Source of the DNA: Bacteroidales bacterium
GTDB taxonomy: Bacteria; Bacteroidota; Bacteroidia; Bacteroidales; WCHB1-69
Length of the DNA stretch: 64,000 bases
Reading direction: 5' to 3'
Assembly (NCBI GenBank): GCA_017395245.1
Contig: JAFPVR010000010.1
Location: forward strand, 65,942-129,941
The notes below the pieces were generated by a model that had not been told where the DNA came from, did no database searches, and worked only from the letters and a program-made list of their open reading frames with translations. How positions within the stretch are numbered: the first letter of the stretch is position 1; each line of letters begins with the position of its first letter. This document shows positions 44,183 through 53,715 of this stretch, piece by piece. Position numbers and translations under genes: made by a program.

Positions 44183-45355
44183 TTACCTTCTCCTCGCGCT
44201 CACAATCTTCCCGATATACACACTGTGGATGCCGGCAGGGAAGTTCTCGTAGCGTTTGCGCGGAATCTCTTCGAAACCTCTCGGGTTGAGCGGGTTGCGG
44301 TAGATGACTTCGCACTCGTAGACTTCGCGGGCTTCTAAGTAGTAAGGCGCACCATGCTCAGTATAAGCTACATGCAAGCCCAACGCCGCATCCTTGTCGC
44401 CGTCGCGTCCGCTGTGCGTGCCCATATACTCGAGCACGTCCTTGCGGTCCTCGTCGAAGACCATCACCGTGAAATATTGGTAGCGTTCCATGAACTCGTA
44501 AGTGTAGCGGGCAGGTGCGACATACACCGTGATGGTGTTCACATTTTCCCGCCAGACGTTGCCCATCGCGCCCCAGCCAATGGTCATGGCGTTGTGACGG
44601 CGCACGTCGCCGGAGGCCAGCAGCAACCCGTTGCCCTTGAACCAGGTGAACGGGTTGAGGTTCGGAGACTGGGTGTAGTCAAACTCCACGAAATCAGTTT
44701 CCCGGATCGGGCGGGACTCCACCACGGGTTGTTTGCCGCCATATACGTTGTAAGATACGTTTTCGGGTTTCCACTTGTCTTTGGGCTTGTTGTCGCCAGC
44801 TGGGTAGCCGATGACGATGGTGTTGAGCGGGACGAGGTGGTTGGGCAGCTTCAGGATAGCGGAGACATCCTTGCAGCGTTCTTGGTTGGGGTAGGTGCCT
44901 GTCCAGACGGCGCCTAGTCCCATGGCATTGGCAGCCAGCAGGATGTTCTCGGTGGCGGCGGAGCAGTCCTGCACCCAGAACTCGCGGGCCTCGCCGTCAA
45001 GGGCTTTTTTCAGGTCGCCGCAGACTACGATGGCGAGGGGCGCTTTCGCAACCATGCCTGCGTAGGGATTGGCTTTGGCAAGTTCCTTCAGTTGCGCCTT
45101 GTCGGTGACTACCACAAAGTGCCACGGTTGCTTGTTCACGGCCGAGGGAGCCGCCATGCCTGCCCGGAGCAGTTGCTCAATCTGTGCCGCCTCCACGGGC
45201 TTGTCAAGATAGCTGCGCACAGAGGTTCGGGTCGCGATATTCTCCAACGCAGCGTTCTTGTAACTGTTTGATTTCTGTGCCTCTGCGCTCATACTTGCGG
45301 TCAGTGCAGCCATACAGATCAACATGGCCATACGATGTTTTTTTATCTGTTTCAT
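44183..45355 (-). CDS. nitroreductase-family protein fused to a flavin-reductase-like C-terminal domain, with an N-terminal signal-like peptide
   Basis: RTSVRSY and PSAVNKQPWHFVVV (nitroreductase). N-terminus MAMLICMAALTASMSAEAQ. ~170 aa C-terminal extension. Confidence 0.75.
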   Translation of the reverse strand: MKQIKKHRMAMLICMAALTASMSAEAQKSNSYKNAALENIATRTSVRSYLDKPVEAAQIEQLLRAGMAAPSAVNKQPWHFVVVTDKAQLKELAKANPYAGMVAKAPLAIVVCGDLKKALDGEAREFWVQDCSAATENILLAANAMGLGAVWTGTYPNQERCKDVSAILKLPNHLVPLNTIVIGYPAGDNKPKDKWKPENVSYNVYGGKQPVVESRPIRETDFVEFDYTQSPNLNPFTWFKGNGLLLASGDVRRHNAMTIGWGAMGNVWRENVNTITVYVAPARYTYEFMERYQYFTVMVFDEDRKDVLEYMGTHSGRDGDKDAALGLHVAYTEHGAPYYLEAREVYECEVIYRNPLNPRGFEEIPRKRYENFPAGIHSVYIGKIVSARRR

Positions 45356-45452
45356 TCCTTTGTTGTTTTTGAAACCGCGAAGATACGAAAAATGTAGAAA
45401 CGTGTCGTGACGTTTTGGGAAATCGTTCGGCTGCTTGTGTTCGGAATTTGTG

Positions 45453-45460
45453 TACCTTTG
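45453..45460 (+). promoter_or_regulatory. Bacteroidota-type -7 promoter box (TAnnTTTG)
   Basis: TACCTTTG, 23 nt upstream of the ATG at 45484. Confidence 0.5.
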
Positions 45461-45483
45461 CCGCGCATTTCAAGATTGCCTTT

Positions 45484-46116
45484 ATGATTACCAAAATCGT
45501 GCTCACCGGCGGACCGTGTGCCGGCAAAACCACCACCAACGAGCGTATCGAGGAGTTTTTCTCCAAGGTGGGATACGCTGTGTTCACGCTGCCCGAGGCG
45601 GCCACGCTGTTCATCAAGGCCGGCGCCGAATTCCTCACCCAGGATCGGAATCTCTATTTTGAGATTCACAAGAACATGATGCGCTTCCTGATGGAGATGG
45701 AAGAGGATTTCTATCGGATTGCCGAGGCTACAGGTAAGCCCGCGCTCATCATCAACGACCGCGGCGCGATGGACATATCGGCCTATATGGACCCCGAGGA
45801 CTGGCAGGAGTTGCTCCGCCAGACCGGCCACACCGAAGAGGAGTTGATGGCCCGCTACAAGGCGGTCTTCCACCTCTGTACCAGCGCGAAAGGTGCCCCG
45901 CACAGCTACACGCTCAGCAACAACTCCGCCCGTATGGAGGAGACGCTCGCCGAGGCCATCGCCGTCGATGACAATCTCATCAAGGCTTGGGAGAAGCACC
46001 CGAACCTGCATCTCATTAAGTCAGAAGAATACGTTAAGGACAAGATTGACAATGTTCTCCTCGGTATCGCACACGAACTTGGTATCCAAGACTCCGTCCG
46101 CGACATGATTCTGTGA
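45484..46116 (+). CDS. AAA_28-type P-loop NTPase (NadR-kinase-like ATP-binding protein)
   Basis: MITKIVLTGGPCAGKTT (Walker A at the N-terminus). ~210 aa. Confidence 0.7.
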   Translation: MITKIVLTGGPCAGKTTTNERIEEFFSKVGYAVFTLPEAATLFIKAGAEFLTQDRNLYFEIHKNMMRFLMEMEEDFYRIAEATGKPALIINDRGAMDISAYMDPEDWQELLRQTGHTEEELMARYKAVFHLCTSAKGAPHSYTLSNNSARMEETLAEAIAVDDNLIKAWEKHPNLHLIKSEEYVKDKIDNVLLGIAHELGIQDSVRDMIL

Positions 46117-46124
46117 CGATTTTA

Positions 46125-46163
46125 TTGCGGAAAAGCGCGGAAACTGCGGAAACGTGCGGAAAT
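46125..46163. repeat. TGCGGAAA array (4 units, 9-10 nt period)
   Basis: TTGCGGAAAA GCGCGGAAAC TGCGGAAAC GTGCGGAAAT, 8 nt after the stop at 46116. Confidence 0.85.
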
Positions 46164-46255
46164 TCTTGATTGTCTTGCCCGTTAGTGCGTTTTCCTAAAA
46201 TCGCTTGATATTAGTCCTTCTATCCTCTTTCGTTCCACGTTTTCATTCTCTCGTT

Positions 46256-48220
46256 TCAAAACCTATACAGGCACTGTACCTTCAGTTCCGTTTTGTGCGG
46301 CTTGTCGATGTGAGTGAGGCCGCTGCTGATGTCGGTTTTGTTCAGGTAGTGCGTTCTTGAAATCCGAAACCAGATGCTGAAGTTCCGGATTTTGTAGCGT
46401 AGCAGCAGGTAGGCCCGCATCCCTTGATAGTAGTATGAGCCGATGGTGAAGGCGTAGTAGACGTCATTCTCATAGGCATAGAGCCGTTCGTCGTAGCGGT
46501 CGGTGTCGAAGTAGGCCACGCGCAGATGCACGCTGAGCTGTGGCTTTTTGAAATTCAATGCCATATCTTGATACATTAAAATACCTTTGTACCAACGTTT
46601 TGTCGCATCCGGTCCTTTGTTTAGCACCATACTGATTTCCGTCTTCGTGTTCAGCCAGGGCAGTGGGCTGTTCGTCCATTGTAGTCGCAAACGGTGCCGA
46701 CTCTGCTCCAGCAAACGGTGCATGTAAGTATCGTCGCTCTCGTTCTTCGGCTTCGTCTTCCATTGATATCGCAGGTACAGTACGCTCTTTCTCGGCAGTC
46801 GGCAGGTTAGCGAGACACCGGCATCCATCCCTTGCACGGGAGCGTCGGTTTGGTAGCTTAACCAGCGGAGGTGGTAATAGTCGCAGAAAAGGTCTGCCTC
46901 CACACTTCGCGACAGCACGAGGTGCCCGGTGATGTATGCGCCGAACTCCCCGCAGTCGCCGGAGGAAGTGCGGAATCCGCTGCCCATCGGCGACTCGTAT
47001 CCGTTTGCGTAGTAGCGGATTAAGGCGGCTACCTTGAACACAGGAGTCACAGGAACGAGTGCCCCTTGCAGTGCCGCTAACTTCCCTTTCTCATTGACGG
47101 CGGCCTCGCCGAAGAGCAGCGTCTGTCTCACAAGCGTCTGGTACGAAAGGCTGGCGTTCAGTCGGTTGGGATGCAGTAGCGACCGCCATTTCTCACGGGT
47201 GGTCGCGCTGTCGCCATACTCGCCGTAGGCAATCGCTTGAGCCGCGATAGTGAACCGCGCACGTCGATATGAGAACGCGCCGCCGAAAGCTGTGCGGTTC
47301 TCTTCCGTGACTCTGCCTACGAAGGCACTTCCCGACCAGGTTGTGTTGCCGATGGAGACCGCCCCGCCTCGGAAGAATCGGCTCTCGTTGGTGGTGGCGA
47401 CCGGACGGATGCCATCGCTGAACCGCCGTGTTCCAGAAACGCCCGCGCCCTTGCCCGACATCATGGAGGATCCGAGCACCAGCCCTTGTCCGAAGTTCAG
47501 CCGGAAGTCGCCCAAAACCGCGCACTTCAGCAGTCCGATGTTCCGGACATATAGAGAACCCGAGTAGTGGTCGAAGCCGTTCTTCTGCTCGCCTCGGAAG
47601 AACTGCTCGCCGGCATCTTTCTCCCCGGCGATGCGGAATCCGAAGTTCTGCCGGATGCTGAAATCGTAGCGGAACTGCAGGTGCGGCGGCGACCCGTCGT
47701 AGTGGTTGGCGCGGGTGGTGTCGTAGCCGTCCTGCCGCTCTAACACTTGCCCGTAACGGAGCCAGAGTACGTTCTTGCTTGCGCGTACCAACTCTCGGAA
47801 GGTGGGTCGTTGTTTTGGCGGCGGCGCGATGACCGTTTTGTCAGCCAGCCGTCGCATATCCTCCTGCGTGAACCCGTCAATGGCGGGAATCTCGTAGATG
47901 CTGTACAATTGTCCAAAGTTTTCAATGTATAACTGTAGCTGATAGTATTGATAATCTGTCAGTTGTAATATATTGACGGCAGCTTCGTAGCTTAAGTCGT
48001 TGAGGTTCGGCCTTGTGCCATTCCGCATCTCTTCCATTCGTTCGAGCAGTTCCTCGGATACGTTCTCCGCAACCTCCAAATCTTCCAGCTGCGTTTCCCA
48101 GTCGTCAATGACACTGTCCAAAAACCGCGTGGTATCCTGTTGCGCGACGGTTCGCGAAACGGATGTGCCGAGGAGTAGAATTGCGATCAAAGCGAGTAGT
48201 TTGTTTCTTGTTTTCATCAT
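46256..48220 (-). CDS. large outer-membrane-type protein with an N-terminal helix-hairpin-helix-like region
   Basis: Signal peptide MMKTRNKLLALIAILLLGTSVSRTVAQQ. Beta-barrel-like C-terminus ending ...LKVQCLYRF. Start moved past a 24-nt tandem duplication. Confidence 0.6.
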   Translation of the reverse strand: MMKTRNKLLALIAILLLGTSVSRTVAQQDTTRFLDSVIDDWETQLEDLEVAENVSEELLERMEEMRNGTRPNLNDLSYEAAVNILQLTDYQYYQLQLYIENFGQLYSIYEIPAIDGFTQEDMRRLADKTVIAPPPKQRPTFRELVRASKNVLWLRYGQVLERQDGYDTTRANHYDGSPPHLQFRYDFSIRQNFGFRIAGEKDAGEQFFRGEQKNGFDHYSGSLYVRNIGLLKCAVLGDFRLNFGQGLVLGSSMMSGKGAGVSGTRRFSDGIRPVATTNESRFFRGGAVSIGNTTWSGSAFVGRVTEENRTAFGGAFSYRRARFTIAAQAIAYGEYGDSATTREKWRSLLHPNRLNASLSYQTLVRQTLLFGEAAVNEKGKLAALQGALVPVTPVFKVAALIRYYANGYESPMGSGFRTSSGDCGEFGAYITGHLVLSRSVEADLFCDYYHLRWLSYQTDAPVQGMDAGVSLTCRLPRKSVLYLRYQWKTKPKNESDDTYMHRLLEQSRHRLRLQWTNSPLPWLNTKTEISMVLNKGPDATKRWYKGILMYQDMALNFKKPQLSVHLRVAYFDTDRYDERLYAYENDVYYAFTIGSYYYQGMRAYLLLRYKIRNFSIWFRISRTHYLNKTDISSGLTHIDKPHKTELKVQCLYRF

Positions 48221-48294
48221 TTTGTTTTTTATTGCGGAAATCATTTTGTTTTTTATTGCGGAAATTTGCGGAAAATGCGGAAATATGCGGAAAC
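48218..48294. repeat. 24-nt tandem duplication plus TGCGGAAA array spanning the whole intergenic spacer
   Basis: CATTTTGTTTTTTATTGCGGAAAT x2 (48218-48265), then TTGCGGAAA ATGCGGAAAT ATGCGGAAAC, ending at the stop codon of 48294..49079. Confidence 0.85.
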
Positions 48295-49079
48295 TATGGT
48301 GTTTCGCGAAAGTAGAATCCTCCTATTTCGGGAGAGACGGAAATTCGGTAGTGCCAGGTGGCCCGAACGCTGAAAAGGAGTCGCCGGTGTCGCCAGCCGA
48401 CGTACACGCCCAAGTGGCTGTTGGAACATTCGGCGGCGAGGAGCAGTGGTTCAATGGGTTGCGTCAGGAACAGACCGCACACCTCCCATGCGCCGGGCTG
48501 GGTCTTGGACAAGGAGAGTGTGGTCAGCAGCTTGCGTACGGGCGCGTACGAGCAGCCGACGGTGAATTTCATCGGGATAACTTCTTGTCCGACAATACCA
48601 TAGCGGAGCATGAACGGATTGTAGAACGCCGCATCGAGCATCAGCTTTGGTGACAATCGGTAGGCGAAACCGAAGTCTGCACAGAGCGAGTGCCGTGCGG
48701 GGTATCCTCGGGCATGCGCCATCAGGTAGAAAACCTGGGCGGTCATAGCGAAGCGGTCACCGAAGTTCCGGCCATATCCGACTGACAGTTTCAGCTCTCC
48801 GTAATTTGCGTAGCCATAGTGGTTTACGGATGCGAAGAGCACGTTCTTGCGCAGGGTCAGCTGTCCGGTGATTTCCGCAAACATCATCTCCTTTGTGCAG
48901 AAGTCGTTCCGGATGTGTAACCCGATTTGCGAGGGTGTGAAGCAGCTGACAGAGGGTCTTTCAGCAGCGGTTTCAGCGGAGTAGACGCGAAACAACGCGT
49001 CCTGTGCCGTTCCCGCAAACGGCAGTACTGTCCACAAACAGTTGAAAACCAATATTTTCAATAATTTTTTCGTTTTCAT
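48294..49079 (-). CDS. putative outer-membrane beta-barrel protein
   Basis: Signal peptide MKTKKLLKILVFNCLWTVLPFAGTAQD. Alternating hydrophobic pattern with aromatic-rich strands. Confidence 0.5.
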   Translation of the reverse strand: MKTKKLLKILVFNCLWTVLPFAGTAQDALFRVYSAETAAERPSVSCFTPSQIGLHIRNDFCTKEMMFAEITGQLTLRKNVLFASVNHYGYANYGELKLSVGYGRNFGDRFAMTAQVFYLMAHARGYPARHSLCADFGFAYRLSPKLMLDAAFYNPFMLRYGIVGQEVIPMKFTVGCSYAPVRKLLTTLSLSKTQPGAWEVCGLFLTQPIEPLLLAAECSNSHLGVYVGWRHRRLLFSVRATWHYRISVSPEIGGFYFRETP

Positions 49080-49102
49080 TATTTCAATACTTTGTTCAAA
49101 TG

Positions 49103-49110
49103 CAAAGATA
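49103..49110 (-). promoter_or_regulatory. Bacteroidota-type -7 promoter box (TAnnTTTG on the minus strand)
   Basis: The plus strand reads CAAAGATA. It lies 23 nt upstream of the start at 49079. Confidence 0.45.
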
Positions 49111-49156
49111 TATCATGGAAAAGCGTTTGTCAAGTTAATAATTGTTAATAATTTTG

Positions 49157-49164
49157 TACTTTTG
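49157..49164 (+). promoter_or_regulatory. Bacteroidota-type -7 promoter box (TAnnTTTG)
   Basis: TACTTTTG, only 5 nt upstream of the queA ATG. Confidence 0.45.
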
Positions 49165-49169
49165 CCGCC

Positions 49170-50393
49170 ATGAATGATTTGAACCGAAATATCCGTATTG
49201 AGGACTACGACTATCCGTTGCCGGAGTCGCGTATCGCGTTTTATCCCGCTGCGCAGCGTGATGATTCCAAACTATTGATATTCAATAAGAAAGAAGGTAA
49301 AATTACCGACGCTGTCTTCCATCAGTTGCCAGATTTCCTGAACGAAAATCATTGGCTGGTTTTCAACGACTCCAAGGTGATTCACGCGCGTCTGCAGGTG
49401 CACAACGCCACCGGTGCGGCTATCGAAATTTTCTGTTTAGAGCCGTTATCGCCCAGCATCGATCCTGCCGTGGCGTTCACGCTCAGCGGGAGCGTGACCT
49501 GGAAGTGCATGGTGGGCAATGCGCGGAAATGGAAACACCCGATCGAAATCGAAGTTCCTTTGCATGAGCGGGTTATACATGTGCGGGCTGAGCGCGGTGA
49601 AGCCGTTGAAGGCACGTTTGAGGTGACGTTCACTTGGCCCGATGCGGATGTCTCCTTTGCGGAGTGGGTGGAGGCCTACGGGAAAGTGCCGCTGCCACCG
49701 TACATCCGTCGCGATGCGGAGGATAGCGACATGGAGCGTTACCAGACGGTTTACGCCCGTTATGACGGTTCTGTGGCCGCCCCTACCGCCGGACTCCATT
49801 TTACAGATGATCTCCTTCATACCTTAAACGTGAAAGGTGTTGAGACAGAATATGTTACCCTTCATGTGGGTGCAGGTACTTTCAAACCGGTCTCGTCCGA
49901 AACCATAGGTGGACATTTCATGCATGAGGAGAAAATCCTCATTACGGAAAGTTTTATTCGTAAGTTATTGGATAACAAGGATAAACAATTGGTGGCGGTG
50001 GGTACGACGGTTACGCGCACATTGGAGTCGTTGTTTGTTATCGGGGCAAAGTTGCACCTCGGTCTTGACAACCCTCTCGTGGTAGAACAGTGGGAAATCT
50101 ACGACAATCCCGAAATCCACAAAGTTTCTGTTGAACAGTCTCTTGCGGCCATCCTTTCGTATTTGCAAGCGCATGACACGGACATGTTGCGGGCGGCCAC
50201 CCGGCTCATTATTCTGCCGACGTATACCCGTCACATTGTCGGTGGGCTGATTACGAATTTCCATCAACCGAAGAGCACGCTTTTGTTGCTGATTTCCAAC
50301 TTTTTAGGGGAAGATTGGCATCGCATTTACCAACATGCTTTGGACAACGGCTACCGTTTCCTGAGCTACGGCGACGCAAATCTCTATTATTAG
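49170..50393 (+). CDS. queA: S-adenosylmethionine:tRNA ribosyltransferase-isomerase
   Basis: YDYPLPESRIA, LPPYIRR, ERYQTVYA, AAPTAGLHFT, GAGTFKPV and AVGTTVTRTLES. Confidence 0.9.
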   Translation: MNDLNRNIRIEDYDYPLPESRIAFYPAAQRDDSKLLIFNKKEGKITDAVFHQLPDFLNENHWLVFNDSKVIHARLQVHNATGAAIEIFCLEPLSPSIDPAVAFTLSGSVTWKCMVGNARKWKHPIEIEVPLHERVIHVRAERGEAVEGTFEVTFTWPDADVSFAEWVEAYGKVPLPPYIRRDAEDSDMERYQTVYARYDGSVAAPTAGLHFTDDLLHTLNVKGVETEYVTLHVGAGTFKPVSSETIGGHFMHEEKILITESFIRKLLDNKDKQLVAVGTTVTRTLESLFVIGAKLHLGLDNPLVVEQWEIYDNPEIHKVSVEQSLAAILSYLQAHDTDMLRAATRLIILPTYTRHIVGGLITNFHQPKSTLLLLISNFLGEDWHRIYQHALDNGYRFLSYGDANLYY

Positions 50394-50412
50394 GCGTTTT
50401 GTAGATTCTGGT

Positions 50413-50997
50413 TTACGATTGCACCATGTTTTCCCAGCGGCGGAAGGCATCGGACTGGATGTCGTAGAAAACGTTGTAAAAGGTTCTGGCCCAGTAGTTT
50501 CGGAGACCTATGCCAGCTGGTTTCTTCAGGAATTTTTCGCAGAGTACAACCTCCTGGGTGTCTGTTTTGGTGATGACAACCCAGATGGCGGCGGTCTTCA
50601 CGGTTGTGTCAAATGACTCCACGGCGAACATTAGCGCGTAGGGTAGCGTTGCCGGCAACTCAAGCGTGGCGGCATAATTGCGCATTTGTTCGTCAGAATA
50701 GACATGTTGCGAACTGATGAATAAAGTGAGGATATCGTTGACTTTCAATGATTTGTTCAGCTTCGTGATAACCGAGAGATCGTATTTCATCATGGGTTTT
50801 CGGAAGCTCATACGGATGTCGTACTTTTTCTGATCGTTCAGAATCAGCTTGTTCCATTCCTGAAGATGGTGCTGTAGGGTTTCCTGATTGAAGTCGAACC
50901 CCTCACGGGTGAATTTGGCTTTTGCGAAGTTGATGCCAACCCACAGAATCTCCCTGGTTTTCAGGAAATCCGCAAACAATGTCTCATTCATGTACAT
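50413..50997 (-). CDS. hypothetical protein
   Basis: ORF only. Start moved to MYMNETLF so that it does not overlap the thioesterase gene. Confidence 0.45.
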   Translation of the reverse strand: MYMNETLFADFLKTREILWVGINFAKAKFTREGFDFNQETLQHHLQEWNKLILNDQKKYDIRMSFRKPMMKYDLSVITKLNKSLKVNDILTLFISSQHVYSDEQMRNYAATLELPATLPYALMFAVESFDTTVKTAAIWVVITKTDTQEVVLCEKFLKKPAGIGLRNYWARTFYNVFYDIQSDAFRRWENMVQS

Positions 50998-51031
50998 GGC
51001 AGGTCGGTATCTATTATAGGTTCTATATATT

Positions 51032-51781
51032 TTATATTGTCTGCCATTCGGTTTGTAAACGGCAGAACTCTTTCGGTTCGTTGGCGGAGACAATGGCGGT
51101 ACGGAACGTGTTGTCGCTGTCGGCTTCCGACCGTATCGTATAGGAGTCTCCTAATTTGGCTTGAGACATGAAGTTGACCGTCACGTTGGTGATGCGGTGC
51201 GTCATCCGGAAATCCCGATCCACGGAATCGAAGGCCCACTGGATGTAGTGGGCGTTGTTGACGTGGCGGTTCATGTCGATGTCAGAAGCTTGCACCCATA
51301 GTGGGGTTGGATTCGTCTCTTGCGTGTTTATAGCGCTGATTTTCTGGGGCGAGTGTTCTGTTGCGCAGCGTTTTTGCATCGGAAAGTCGGCATCGAAAAC
51401 GCTCATGCGTTGCGGCCTTCCGGTCGCGATGTCAAGGATGGCCCAAACAGAGCTTGCCGCCACAAGGGTATTGCCGTCGGTGTCCAGCAGTTCGTAGTCG
51501 CGGGGCGAAGTGGCGGCCTGGGATTCCCGAACCCAGGTACGGAGTGTTACGATTTCAGTCCATTCCGGCAATCGTCTGATTTCCATGCGCATACGGGTAA
51601 TCACCCAGAAGTAGCCGCGTTCACGGAGCTGGTGCCAGCCGACATTCAGACAAGATGCGTGGAGGTTGCTGATTTCGGTCAGCAGTCCGAACAGCGAACT
51701 CACGGTCATCCGCGCGTCCTCGTCCACAAAGTAGGACGGAACCCTCATCGTCTCTTCAAATATGGGAGGTATGTCTGTCAT
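51032..51781 (-). CDS. acyl-ACP thioesterase
   Basis: Two hot-dog halves. RVPSYFVDEDARMTVSSLFGLLTEISNLHA and IDMNRHVNNAHYIQWAFDS. Start moved to MTDIPPIFEE. Confidence 0.78.
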   Translation of the reverse strand: MTDIPPIFEETMRVPSYFVDEDARMTVSSLFGLLTEISNLHASCLNVGWHQLRERGYFWVITRMRMEIRRLPEWTEIVTLRTWVRESQAATSPRDYELLDTDGNTLVAASSVWAILDIATGRPQRMSVFDADFPMQKRCATEHSPQKISAINTQETNPTPLWVQASDIDMNRHVNNAHYIQWAFDSVDRDFRMTHRITNVTVNFMSQAKLGDSYTIRSEADSDNTFRTAIVSANEPKEFCRLQTEWQTI

Positions 51782-51806
51782 ATAAAAGTCAAAGGTCAAA
51801 GTCAAC
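51782..51806. repeat. short heptamer tract (TCAAAAG family) filling the spacer
   Basis: ATAAAAG TCAAAGG TCAAAG TCAAC lies between the C69 stop and the thioesterase start. Same family as 62973-63014. Confidence 0.7.
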
Positions 51807-53402
51807 CTACCATTGTCCGTCGAAGGTGGTCCAGAGTTCGTCGCCGAGTTTCCAGGCACGTTCAACGGCCTCGTTCCCACATATATCCGTAAAGTTGGTT
51901 AGCACTTGGACAGCCTCGTCGTAGCGGTCTTGGTTGATGAGTTCCAAAGCTTCCTGCTCAATGATGAAATGCTCCCGGATGAAGTCTTTCTGCAGCGGTT
52001 CCCAAGCTTTGTCCACCATCACGTGCATGTCGCCCCAGCGTTGGGCGGCGATGGTTCCCACGCGGTTGAAGGCCCACCACGCAGACTCTTTGCTGAAACC
52101 GGTGAGACGGCCGTCTGTCTTGTAAGTGCTGGGCAAGTCCGTAACATTCGCATAGATAGGTACATAGATGGAGGAAGCCACATTGTCGAGGGCGAACCAG
52201 CAGAGGGCGCCAACCTCGTCGGGAAGCCAGCTGCGGCATTGGATGATGGTGGCGTAGACGGTAAAGTGCACGGCAATGCTGCGTTCGCCGCGTTCGTTCC
52301 AGCCGCCGTTGATGCGGTGCAGTTTCAGCTCGTCGAGTTTCATGAACGGGTTGGCCATGGGGGATATAACTGTTTTGCCGTCTTTGTCCGTGACAGTCAG
52401 CGTTTTGCGCATGTCGTACGGGGTGCCTTCGTAGTAGTCTTTGAAGATGCTCATCATCTTTTCGAGGGTGACGAGCGTGTCGGGTTTGACGGAGAACGGG
52501 TAGTTTTCGGCGTTGGGGTCGAGGTGGAGGGAGGGGGCCACGAGATCGAAGACGCGCCATTCTCTGCGGCGGCAGGCCATCATCGTACGGGTCTGCGGCG
52601 CGTAGGCGTAAGCGAAGCGGAAGGTTGACTTGCCGTCCCACCAGCCATTTTCCTTGGCCAATGTATAGACGTTGTCGGAGGCCATGAAGTAGTCCTTGTC
52701 CTTGAGGTTGATTTCGCGGATGGTGGAGGCGTTCGCATTGACGGCCACGTGGTCGTCGGGCACGCGCTGGGCGGCCCACACCGCGCCGACCTTGCCCTTG
52801 CCGGGACCGAGAATCTCAAGATGCCACACCTCGTCTTTGTCGGCAATGGTCAGGCACTCGCCGGCATCGATCCAACCGTATTTTTTGAGCAGCACGCCAG
52901 CGGTCTCGATGGCTTCACGGGCGGTACAGCAACGTTGCAGCAGGAGCATGCAAAGTCGCTGGCAGTCAATAAGTCCGCTGTCAGACTGAAGCTCCTTGCG
53001 TCCGCCAAAGGTTGATTCCCCGATGGCTAACTGCGCCTCGTTCACGCAGGGATAGGCGGTGTTCAGAAACTGGTAGGTGTGCTCCACCTGCGGGATCTCG
53101 CCTACGGGGATGTTGTCGTAGCGCAGCATCTGTCCGGGCAGTTGTTTTTTCGCCCATTGGCGTTTGTAGAGCGTCTGTTTCGCGTCCCGCTCGTAGTCTT
53201 GCTCCGGCGTTACGTAAATATTCGTGCGGGAACGGTGGCTGTCGTCGGTGTGTGAGGTCATCACCGACCCGTCGGCCGAAGCCTTCTTGCCCACTGTGAT
53301 GGAGGTGCATTCCATGCCGTCCGTTTCAAACTCGGGAATGACCTGCGCGTGCAGGGAAATTCCCATTATCACGACAAAACCTAACCAAAAAGCTCTTTTC
53401 AT
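51807..53402 (-). CDS. C69-family dipeptidase
   Basis: Signal peptide, then nucleophile context CTSITVGKKASADGSVMTSHTDD. Confidence 0.85.
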   Translation of the reverse strand: MKRAFWLGFVVIMGISLHAQVIPEFETDGMECTSITVGKKASADGSVMTSHTDDSHRSRTNIYVTPEQDYERDAKQTLYKRQWAKKQLPGQMLRYDNIPVGEIPQVEHTYQFLNTAYPCVNEAQLAIGESTFGGRKELQSDSGLIDCQRLCMLLLQRCCTAREAIETAGVLLKKYGWIDAGECLTIADKDEVWHLEILGPGKGKVGAVWAAQRVPDDHVAVNANASTIREINLKDKDYFMASDNVYTLAKENGWWDGKSTFRFAYAYAPQTRTMMACRRREWRVFDLVAPSLHLDPNAENYPFSVKPDTLVTLEKMMSIFKDYYEGTPYDMRKTLTVTDKDGKTVISPMANPFMKLDELKLHRINGGWNERGERSIAVHFTVYATIIQCRSWLPDEVGALCWFALDNVASSIYVPIYANVTDLPSTYKTDGRLTGFSKESAWWAFNRVGTIAAQRWGDMHVMVDKAWEPLQKDFIREHFIIEQEALELINQDRYDEAVQVLTNFTDICGNEAVERAWKLGDELWTTFDGQW

Positions 53403-53429
53403 ATACCTGTTTGCTTATCTTTTACGAGG

Positions 53430-53437
53430 TGCAAAAA
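53430..53437 (-). promoter_or_regulatory. Bacteroidota-type -7 promoter box (TAnnTTTG on the minus strand)
   Basis: The plus strand reads CAAAAATA. It lies 27 nt upstream of the start at 53402. Confidence 0.5.
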
Positions 53438-53601
53438 TACGTTTTTTTTGGTTGTGTTCGTCAACCCTGAAAAACCAAAATTTCACAGCATACATTGTAA
53501 ATCACCCTTGATTTTAAGTACGAAGATTCGGAAATCGGTTTTGCCCATCCTTTTTGGCCCCTGAAACACCCCAGTCCTGTCCATTTTCGTGCACCAAAAA
53601 T

Positions 53602-53619
53602 TTAACAGTTAATTGTTAA
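53602..53619. promoter_or_regulatory. 18-nt partly palindromic box 1 (TTAACAGTTAATTGTTAA)
   Basis: TTAACA/TGTTAA arms. Matches box 2 at 16/18 positions in either orientation. Confidence 0.4.
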
Positions 53620-53674
53620 GAAATGAAGATAAAAAATAATTTAATCTAATAGGCTTAATGTTTCGAAAAATTTA

Positions 53675-53682
53675 TATTTTTG
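53675..53682 (+). promoter_or_regulatory. Bacteroidota-type -7 promoter box (TAnnTTTG)
   Basis: TATTTTTG, 62 nt upstream of the ATG at 53745. Lies between the two 18-nt boxes. Confidence 0.5.
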
Positions 53683-53715
53683 CCGCAGTCGAAGTTTAAT
53701 ATGAATGACGAAAAA

